A stretch of 39,150 nt of DNA from positions 1 through 39,150 of the forward strand of contig JAUCBJ010001627.1 of assembly GCA_032718475.1 (NCBI GenBank), written 5' to 3'. The position numbers were made by a program, and so were the translations under genes. A model generated the notes under the pieces. That model did no database searches. It worked only from the letters and a program-made list of their open reading frames with translations, and had not been told where the DNA came from. Numbering within the stretch: the first letter of the stretch is position 1; each line of letters opens with the position of its first letter. Shown piece by piece: positions 1-8,625 of this stretch. This DNA is from Nemertoderma westbladi. Its lineage: Eukaryota > Animalia > Xenacoelomorpha.

Positions 1-1400
1 CGATGGTAGCAAGACGGAAGAATATCTACAGTTCCAGCGTATGTACAGCAATAAGATCTTGACAAAAAATATCACACAGGTGGAGTGCCTTAAATATCTA
101 CAAGTCTATACAGGGGGGCCAGCTTACGATATCGTGACGCAATACCAAGGTATTGAAGGAGGATTCACGACTGCATGGAGAGCCCTGGACAGGGAATTTG
201 GCCATCCTGCGAAGATTATCTGACAAACCTTAAGGGGAATAACATCAGGCGGACCCGCAGATACCCCCATTAGCATCAAGACATTCGCTAACAAAGTAGA
301 GAAAGCGCTAATAGTATTAAAGACTCTAGATGCACCTTACAAACTCAATGCATCAAACAACATCACCACGATAGCGCAGGCACTACCGATCTGGCTGAGA
401 AACAAATGGAGAAAGATCGCTTTCTCCACTCGAGAAAAGAAAGGTGCAGAGCCAGGTGGAGGAGATGTCGAACTTCCTTAACTACGAGGCGGAATTAATA
501 ACAGATCCAGTCTATAGTGAGGACAGTCTAGGTAAGGCACCAAAACGGAATACAGCCGACCTAAACCGGAACATAGTCCGGCGGATGCATTTCCGAAAGT
601 GAGACAGTCGCTACACATGCGGCCACACAGGGGACTTCTAGTCCACAGAGAGCTGGGAGTAGAGCCACACCGTGGCAGGGACAGAGGCAAAGTAACAACA
701 CAAACAAATACAAACCCAATACCCCCAGTAGGCCGAGTCCAAGTAACCAAAACTACTAAACCGCTAGATATGAATCTAAGCGCAATACGTGAAGCGCTAT
801 ATAAGGAATGCTACAATCCCGAATACAAATGTCAATTGCATAGAGATGGGACCCATAAGACCATAGACTGTAAGCATTGGCAGGCGTTACTCAAACAAGA
901 TCGGATAGCCTACACTGGTAAGAATGGACTATGTCATCGATGCGTGGTAGGAGGACACTGGAACGATCTCGATCCACGTGACCACGATCTCAAGCAAAGA
1001 CGATGTCATGAAGATGAGGAGGGGACGATGCGAGATTGCAGCGATAACCCCAGGGTGCGACTATGGGGCTACCATCGAAGCCATTCAGATAATAGAGTCG
1101 ATCAACATTAACGGCAGGCGACCTATGAAGATCGAGATCGAGCAGTACCGGTACCTGGACGACATCGACTTCTCCGTACCAGAACTGGACGTCCCAAAAG
1201 TGTCTCTCATAGTCGGCATGGACTGTCCGACGGCCCATGAGAGACTACAGACCATTTTCGGCGATGGCAGGGAGCGAGACCCGGTGGCCATTCTCACGCC
1301 ATTCGGATGGACGCTCAGTGGCCCAATAAAGACGAGGATCCCATTTAGCATGTCCGAAACATCTGGATGCATGCTGTCTGGTACTGTTGAGGACATAGAG
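1..1400 (+). pseudogene. gag: Decayed gag and protease/RT-linker region of an older BEL/Pao element (outer element)
   Basis: DUF1759-like LKYLQVYTGGPAYDIV...AWRALDREFGHP with in-frame TGA at 221-223 and frameshifts; knuckles CQLHRDGTHKTIDC and CHRCVVGGH; DDIDFSVPELDVPKVSLIVGMD...TPFGWTLSG aligns with the inner element's DDVDLRCPQLDVNRITLLIGLD...TIMGWTLCG. RT/RNase H/IN are absent downstream. Confidence 0.85.
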
Positions 1401-1476
1401 GAGAAACCAAAGACGGGCGATGGGGAGGTCCCACATGATAAGCAGCCCGAGCAGAAACCAAAGATGGGCGATGGGG

Positions 1477-2400
1477 CTAATTTATATATGCACTACTTGT
1501 GGGCACTGAGGGCGCCACGTGAGGAGTTGATGGGGGGGGGGGGGGAGGTATGTACGCATACCATAATAGAAGGGTACGGGCATGCCGGCGTGCATGATAC
1601 ATAGGTGTAGGTAGTTAATTACGTACGTCGGATGGGTACAAAACGTACCAACGTACCTAATTTATATATGCACTATTGTGGGCACGGAGGGCGCCACGTA
1701 AGGAGTTGAGGGGGGGGGGGGTATGTACGCATACCGTAATAGAAGGGTATGGGTGTGCCGGCATGCATGATACATAGGTGTAGGTAGTTAATTACGTACA
1801 TTGGATGGGTACAAAATGTACCAACGTACCTAATTTACATATGCACTATTGTGGGCACTGATGGCGCCACGTGAGGAGTTGAGGGGGGGTATGCACGCAT
1901 ACCTTAGTAGAGGGGTACATAGTACTGTAAACTTGTGGGCACTGAGGGCACCAAGTAAGGAGTTGAGGGGGGGGGTATGTACGCATACCATAATAGAATG
2001 GTACGGGCGTGCCGGCGTGCATGATACATAGGTGTAGCTAGTTAATTACGTACGTCGGATGGGTACAAAATGTACCAACATACCTAATTTACATACGCAC
2101 TATTGTGGGCACTTAGGGTGCCATGTAAGGAGTTGAGGGGGGGGGGGGTATGTACGCATACCATAATAGAAGGGTATGGGTGTGCCGGCATGCATGATAC
2201 ATAGGTGTAGGTAGTTAATTACGTACATTGGATGGGTACAAAATGTACCAACGTACCTAATTTACATATGCACTATTGTGGGCACTGATGGCGCCACGTG
2301 AGGAGTTGAGGGGGGGTATGCACGCATACCTTAGTAGAGGGGTACATAGTACCGTAAACTTGTGGGCACAGAGGGCACCACGTGAGGAGTTGAGGGGGAT
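1477..2400. repeat. Tandem array of ~180-bp units with shorter variants
   Basis: Unit ctaatttatatatgcactattgtgggcac...gaggagttga(G)n...gggtacaaaa(c/t)gtaccaacgtac recurs at 1477, 1657, 1830, 2083, 2257; long-long-short higher-order pattern. Confidence 0.95.
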
Positions 2401-2800
2401 ATGTAGGCGTGGTAGGATAGACTGTGTAGGCCGCATGAACTAGACTACTGTAGCGCATAATCCGTAGTTCAGAGTTAGAACATTGCTACAGAGCCAGAAG
2501 GATATCTGGTAGGAAGCTACTACAAGAGTAAGAAATTGTAGCTAGTCTTCTCTGTAGACAAGTAGTGATGAATTACTTACATAGTAATTGAGTAGTAGAT
2601 ATAGTAATAGCATGTCAGTTGAGGTTGGGGAGTAAACACTGCACTATAGAATCAGGGGTAAATTAGCACATAGAGGGGAACACTAGTATGAAACATAGTC
2701 TGAAGAAGATAGGAGGTAGGCCATCACTGATTTAAACTAATTAAGACCATACTTAGTTATCTCTTGCCCTACTGAGCCTTTCAAAGGCACCACCAGTCTG

Positions 2801-3120
2801 GTGAGAGAGGAGAATCGTGATGGCGGGGAAACTATGAAGGAGTTTATCGTATTCCGTGGAGAGGGGCGGATAGATATGGTCCCAGATGACGTGGAGACAG
2901 TAGAGGATGATGGTGGGATAAGAAAGGGGTCAGGAGGGTCGAGTAGAACTATATTGCTGCATTTAGCGGCCATGAATGGAGATATTTTTCTGATTGACCT
3001 AGCGACCTATGGTAAGAAGACCGGGCCAAAGTTGAACCGCCTACCGGATGCGATGCAGAAGCTGGTAAGGTCAAAGACTATGATGGAGATTGGATCGGCG
3101 ATACGTGGCAACGCGGAGAG
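2801..3120 (+). pseudogene. N-terminal part of a DEDDy-like 3'-5' exonuclease ORF of the outer element
   Basis: PDDVETV (ExoI DxE), ILLHLAAMNGDIFLIDL, LPDAMQKLVRSKTMMEIGSAIRGN (ExoII region); cut at 3120 by the inner LTR. Confidence 0.7.
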
Positions 3121-4618
3121 TGTTGCCGTTATCCCAACACCAGGGGGGAAAAACGCCGATGCTGGAGACGTGACTTTACAGACCACCGAGCCCCGGCCAG
3201 TCACCGGATATTGATTGTGGAGAAGGAATGATTTCTGAGATGCAGGTTGCGGTTGAGAAAAAGCTGCATTAGTTGGATATACTCTTTAATGTAACTGAAC
3301 TCTGTTGAACCTGATTGAGAATAATTTTGGGCTTCCCCAAATCAATATACACCAAATATTCACAATAATTATACACGACAATATAAATCCCTACAGTATA
3401 TTATTTAATTACCCACTGTTCGCTCAGATTTTAGCCTAACTAATGTTCCCCAGATTTTCCCTCGGTCCTAGTCTTGATGCCGTAGTGTCGGTGTCGGTCG
3501 ACCCTGTCGCGTGTCCGTTCCACCCCTCCCGAACCCCGAAGGGAACGATCATCGAGAACCAGCACGGCTTGGCTAAGGGTCGGTCCAGTCGGTAGACTCT
3601 GTCGCGTATCCGTACCACCCCTCTCGAACCCCGAAGGGATCGGTCATCGAGAACCAGTACGGCTTGGCTAGGAGTCTGTCGTGTCGGTGGACCCGTTCGC
3701 GTGTCCGTCCAACCCCTCACGAACCCCGAAGGGTTCAATCATCGAGAACCAGTACGGCTTGGCTAGAGGTCCGTCGGTTCATCGCAGAAACCCAACCACC
3801 TAGGCTTTCCGAGTCCCTTTCAGGCTCGTAGTCGCTTCGGCAGCCGAGAAACTGCTCCGAACAGTCGGTAGGCCAGTAGAGTCTAGTCCTTTGTCTTTCG
3901 ACCCCGTCGCGTGTCCGTCCCACCCCTCACGAACCCCGAAGGGAACGATCATCGAGAACCAGTACGGCTTGGCTAAGGGGTCTGTCGTCGGTTCCCGTCG
4001 CAAATCCCTGGTGCAAGCAGCTGGCGTTCCGATGTCCTTTTCAGGCTCGTAGTAACTGCTGTTGACCAGAGACCGCTAAGGGCAGTCCTCGTCAAACCCT
4101 TCCTCTGTAAGTCGGTAGACCCTTTCGCGTGTCCGTCCCACCCCTCACGAACTCCGAAGGGAACGATCATCGAGAACCAGTACAGCTTGGCTAGGGGTCT
4201 GTCGTGTCGTTTCCCGTCGCAAGTCCCTGACACAAGCAGCTGGCGTTCCGATGTCCTTTTCAGGCTCATAATAACTGCTGTTGGCCAGGGACCGCTAAGG
4301 GCAGTCCTTGTCCTTTAGGCCTGGCGCGTTACCAAATCCACCTCTACAGGCAGCAGGAAGTTGGCCAGGGCCTAATAGTAATCAGGCTAACCTGAATACT
4401 GCTTGAATTTTCCATCCCCCTTGGCCCTTATAAACATGAAATTAGTCCCGTACCCTGTAAGTCGCCCCAAAGTTCGCCCATAAATCGCCCCCAGTTTATA
4501 GAATGTGCCCAAAACCCATGGTCCCGCACCCACCCAGTAGTAATATCGGAATAATCATTTTAAATTAATACAAAAAAATATTCAACTCGCGTTATGGAAA
4601 GTTGAAATACCGCGAACA
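3121..4618 (-). repeat. 3' LTR (1498 bp)
   Basis: Direct repeat of 16925-18418 with roughly 8 substitutions and 3 small indels counted by eye; TG...CA ends. Confidence 0.98.
3500..4199 (-). repeat. Five ~82-nt structured repeat units in LTR U3 (mirrored at 17304-18003)
   Basis: Units at 3500-3581, 3595-3676, 3690-3771, 3900-3982, 4118-4199, each closed by a self-complementary stem. Confidence 0.92.
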
Positions 4619-4627
4619 GTCCCCCCC
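4619..4627 (-). promoter_or_regulatory. Polypurine tract
   Basis: Minus strand reads GGGGGGGAC immediately before the TGTTCGCG start of the 3' LTR. Confidence 0.85.
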
Positions 4628-4792
4628 AATGACCTTCGTGAAGTCTGTCGGTAGATTGAGTTTGCGTAGGTCATTCCCAATATAAAAAACCCAAATTTAA
4701 TATTGCATAGTTTTAATTAATTTGGCCTAGAGTTTATATATATATGTATAAAAATAAATGTTCGATAAATGTTCCTGGAATATCCCGATCCA

Positions 4793-7393
4793 CTATTTCT
4801 TTCTCTGATACGCCTTTCGCCTCTTCGCCCGTCGGCTCTCATCGATCGCTATAGATGGTAGAGGAGCGTCAACATCCATCGTGAGCAACGCTTCGGCTTG
4901 TCTCCTGGCGGCTCTTCCTTTCGATGGCAGTGGGATCATATCGGATCGTTGTTCCAACTCGGAGTTGCGAGCCTCGAGGAACCACTCTCCGTCACCGAAC
5001 TCCTCTTTATACGAGTATAAGCGTCTAATGACTTCGAATGGGCCGAATAATCCAGCGCTCAGCAACAAATCCACGTAATGGAAAGGCAGCGTGGCCGACG
5101 TGTGGAGGCGTTCCGGGAAGGAGAAGTACCCGCACGCCATCTCCTGCGCGATATTCCGAGCGTTTCTCCGAACCTTGGTCTTTATGTGGCTGTTTGCGTA
5201 TGTTTCAAACATGACCATATTTCCCATAGTGGTAACGTCTTTGGTAGGACATTTGATATAGCAGCGGGGGCTAGAGGAATGTCCACGGAAACCGCACGTG
5301 GTGCAGAGGTTATATAGGATCGGACAGACGGAAACGTCGTGGCCCGATGTCGCGCAGTATGGGCAATAGAGTATCCCGAGGAGCTGGAGGCACGAATTGG
5401 TAACCCGATTCCTTCTACCGCGTGGGCACTGCTCCGAACCACAGTCGCCGCACACCTCCAACTGCATCTCTCGACTGGGAAATATCGGAATCGGGACGCC
5501 GACGTAATACTCGAGTCGCCGGTCGCTCTTCTGAATATTCGCGGTGGTCGGTAGCCCGCGGAAGGCTGAGCTTTTGCGTAGTAGGTCCTCGCTATGATAA
5601 CCTTCTTTGTGTCCCGTCGGTCTCAACTCGGACGACCGTTTCTGGCGGTGGATCCATTCGGTTTGCTCGGCGTACCAACGGGTTAGTCGCATAGGATCCT
5701 GAGGAACGGAGGGTGTAGTAGCCACCGCTGGTCGGCGAAGAGGTGCCGGGGTTTTCGACGGAGGGATTCCGAGGAGATCGTCGGGAGTCGGCGCAGCGCT
5801 GGGGCCCTTCTCGACCAATATCGCTGAGCGGGTACGTTGATTGCTGGTACTCAGAATCTCCGACGACCAGTCTTCGCCACCCGGGAAAGGATACGGGGAT
5901 AACCTTTGGCACGTATCGCCGAAGTCGTTTAACGCGAAGGTAGTAACCAACTCCCTCGCAGGGCTACCGAAGCCGAGTGGTGAGGAAACGCCCGCTTCCG
6001 TCGTTGGTTCGGCGGAGGCAACCCGTTTGGCTGCCGGTTGGTAAGCGGCCTCCGGCTCGAGTTGTCGCTTCGGGGTGGAGAGAAGAACACCCTCATTTAG
6101 CCATATTTCTTCCCCTTCCGACGAAATCAGAGGCTCCTCCGCACCGAGAAGATCGGTAATCGTAGGGATGTCGTAAGGTCCGCTCTCGTCCCAGGAATCG
6201 ATAACGGCGAGCGTTTTCGTCTCTCCCGGTGTGATGTTCTCAACCGCTTTGAACGCGTGGTTTATAACCTCGTTCCAGTCGTAGTCGACGAAGGAAAGAG
6301 GAACCGCCGTAATGAGGTTATCTAGAGTTTTACAGATAAATTTAGCGACGGTATAGCACTCCATAACGACGTAGACGTAGTTCCGTCGATCGGGATTCTC
6401 CCACCTTTGGTGTATCGTCCACTTCCGGTCAACGTCCTTCCATCGACCCTCTCGCTCGCTCTTTATTTCTAATCCCGGGTATCCACCATATATTTTATTA
6501 TAGTCCCGGAATTTCTGGGGTTTGAAGTCGATGCCGCCGTTTAGCACAGCGAGGTAGCCGATCCCGGATTTCGTCGGTCTCACCTCTCGGAATCCTCGCA
6601 TTAACTCGGCGAATCGTAACCAGGCTAGTAGCGTTTGAGTGTCGACGCAATGGCTAAGGGCGTTGAGGTCGTCTCGTCGGTTTCTTCCTGAAGGAGTGTT
6701 CGTATAGTTGTTCCGAACGTCCGCCTTTATATCCGACCCGATTTTAATGACGTCGAAGTCGAAGAGGATCTTTTGGATTTCCGGAGGTAGCAACCAGATC
6801 GCTCCGGCTGCCTGCACTTCCTGTCTGGGCGTCGGAAATATTCGACACACCAATACCAAACCGTCCAGTGTTCCGAGGATGACGACCAAGGATCGACCGT
6901 ATTCTTTCGCCCCGTACTTTTCTTGGTAGTCGTCGCGATTTTGGATGGTCGATATACGTTCCTCTCGAAGCGTCGCCGTACACTCCGACAGGTTTCCCCA
7001 GTGGGCGAGGTACGTACTCTTGTCGTCGACGAAACTTTGACATCTCGCCAACGTAATCGCTTTCGAGGTGGGCGTCGCGTTTCCCTCGTTGTCGTAGATC
7101 AAACATCGGGATCTGTAGACGCTTTGCCGGAACGTTTCCCAAAACGACGAATCGTCCCCTCCGGTTGCCTTTGCGTTCCGAGTTCTTTTCAGTCTCGTAC
7201 TAGCATCGGCTAACCGGAGGGCTCGTAGATTCTTGGAATCCGGTCCCTCTCGCCCGGTGAATTTAACGACTCGCACGTTCTCATTTAGCAGGGTGCTCCA
7301 ATTTGTATCAAAGTCAGGGGATCCGGGTTGCGAATATTCCAGTAGATCTATCGTGTTACGTAATTCGCCGATAATTTGGCGATTTGGGTCCAT
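4793..7393 (-). CDS. 866-aa accessory protein: DEDDy/RNase D/WRN-like 3'-5' exonuclease, Pro/Ser-rich linker, CCHC zinc-knuckle cluster
   Basis: Uninterrupted ORF, sense to pol. ExoI LIYDNEG; LPPEIQKILFDFDVIKIGSDIKAD (ExoII); CVDTQ; SGIGYLA; QRWENPDRRNYVYVVME (ExoIII-like, Yx3E); knuckles CPYCATSGHDVSVC (Cx2Cx4Hx4C) and CTTCGFRGHSSSPRC; basic C-terminus RRAKRRKAYQRKK. Confidence 0.88.
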   Translation of the reverse strand: MDPNRQIIGELRNTIDLLEYSQPGSPDFDTNWSTLLNENVRVVKFTGREGPDSKNLRALRLADASTRLKRTRNAKATGGDDSSFWETFRQSVYRSRCLIYDNEGNATPTSKAITLARCQSFVDDKSTYLAHWGNLSECTATLREERISTIQNRDDYQEKYGAKEYGRSLVVILGTLDGLVLVCRIFPTPRQEVQAAGAIWLLPPEIQKILFDFDVIKIGSDIKADVRNNYTNTPSGRNRRDDLNALSHCVDTQTLLAWLRFAELMRGFREVRPTKSGIGYLAVLNGGIDFKPQKFRDYNKIYGGYPGLEIKSEREGRWKDVDRKWTIHQRWENPDRRNYVYVVMECYTVAKFICKTLDNLITAVPLSFVDYDWNEVINHAFKAVENITPGETKTLAVIDSWDESGPYDIPTITDLLGAEEPLISSEGEEIWLNEGVLLSTPKRQLEPEAAYQPAAKRVASAEPTTEAGVSSPLGFGSPARELVTTFALNDFGDTCQRLSPYPFPGGEDWSSEILSTSNQRTRSAILVEKGPSAAPTPDDLLGIPPSKTPAPLRRPAVATTPSVPQDPMRLTRWYAEQTEWIHRQKRSSELRPTGHKEGYHSEDLLRKSSAFRGLPTTANIQKSDRRLEYYVGVPIPIFPSREMQLEVCGDCGSEQCPRGRRNRVTNSCLQLLGILYCPYCATSGHDVSVCPILYNLCTTCGFRGHSSSPRCYIKCPTKDVTTMGNMVMFETYANSHIKTKVRRNARNIAQEMACGYFSFPERLHTSATLPFHYVDLLLSAGLFGPFEVIRRLYSYKEEFGDGEWFLEARNSELEQRSDMIPLPSKGRAARRQAEALLTMDVDAPLPSIAIDESRRAKRRKAYQRKK

Positions 7394-7931
7394 ATTTACG
7401 ATTATATCCGTTACAAATTAGATCAGTTAATTATAAGTCCAGAAAGTCTGAAACTATAGTGATTGCAGAATAATTCAGTTCAGTTTATTAAATAACATTG
7501 CTATATAGGCATCTATCATCTTATTGCTAATACATTCAGCATTTATAGTTACTATAACTATACATTAATATCCAACCAGTTTTATGACTTTTTATGTCCT
7601 TTCTTTTTTCCAATTCTTTTCTTTAGACTTTTTTATACCTTTTTTTGTCTTTTTTCATTTCTCATTATTATTTCATCACATTTCATTTATTTCAACACAT
7701 TTCATCATTTAGTTCCACCATTTATTTCACATTTTGTTTATTTCCACATCATCATTGGGGTTATAGCCCCCCGGCTATCATCATTTGTTATAAGCGCAGC
7801 ACCAGGGTGCGCATCATTACATTTTCATCATCATACGCGTCATCATTCAGGTTTATAGTAGAGTTGTCTGATCCTTTTCATCATTTCCAACTACATTCAA
7901 TCATCTTCTTTGGTTAATCTTTGTCGTGGAA

Positions 7932-8331
7932 GGGGTGTTACGCGGCAATCTGGGATCTACAGCTGGGCTAGTTACACCGCCTACGCCCCAAACTGCACAC
8001 GTAACGGACAATGAAGACGCTGGAAGTGAAGTCACGTGGATGCACCAGGGACCCACCAGAATAACACTCCCAACAACATAAAGCTCAGTCGACGAAGTCA
8101 TGTGGGATGGGGTTACGCAACATTCTGGGATCTACAGCTGGACTAGTTACACCGCCTACGCCCCAAAATCCACGCAACGGTCCCACCAGAATAACGCGAC
8201 TGAGCAACATAAAACCCTCTATCGTCGAAGTCATGTGGATGCACCATGGACCCACCAGAATAACGGGATAGAGGGGGTGTTGCGCGGCAATCCGGGATCT
8301 ACAGCTGGACTAGTTACACCGCGTACGCCCC
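7932..8331. repeat. Three ~58-bp imperfect self-complementary repeats in the IN-ORF3 spacer
   Basis: Copies of ggggtgttacgcggcaatctgggatctacagctgg..tagttacaccgcctacgcccc at 7932-7989, 8109-8164, 8274-8331, interleaved with gaagtca(c/t)gtggatgcacca..gacccaccagaataac repeats. Confidence 0.85.
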
Positions 8332-8625
8332 GAACAGCGCACACAACGGACAACATAACATACTACAATGGATACAATGAATTCCACTTCAAATCTTTAC
8401 CATTTCCAATAATCCAATATCGTAGGTCCCGATGACCAAAATCAGGGTAAACAATACATAAACGACCCTGCGTCAGTCGAAACATCTGCAGGGTGACGCT
8501 GGACTCCACATAACACACGAGGAAACACAAATACCATTGTGTGGTTACAGTTGGTTTAAAGGGGGGTCCATTTTCATTGTCGATAAATCACAGTTTAAAG
8601 AGTTTGTCAACATGATGAGAAGGGT

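Noticed and set aside
3500-4199. LTR repeats as a CRISPR array, or as HDV-like, twister, hairpin or hammerhead ribozymes
   Set aside because: Units are 82 nt inside eukaryotic LTRs with no cas genes; HDV-like tails (GCGAA, GGCUAA) lack a P1 partner; no CUGANGA core or twister pseudoknots could be built.
3436-4269. Short ORFs in the LTRs (also 17240-18037)
   Set aside because: Translations of the structured repeats; frames are inconsistent between units.
4793-7393. ORF3 as an envelope gene or a Nanos homologue
   Set aside because: No clear signal peptide or transmembrane anchor; the CPIL/YCPYC resemblance to Nanos does not fit its spacing, which matches simple knuckles.
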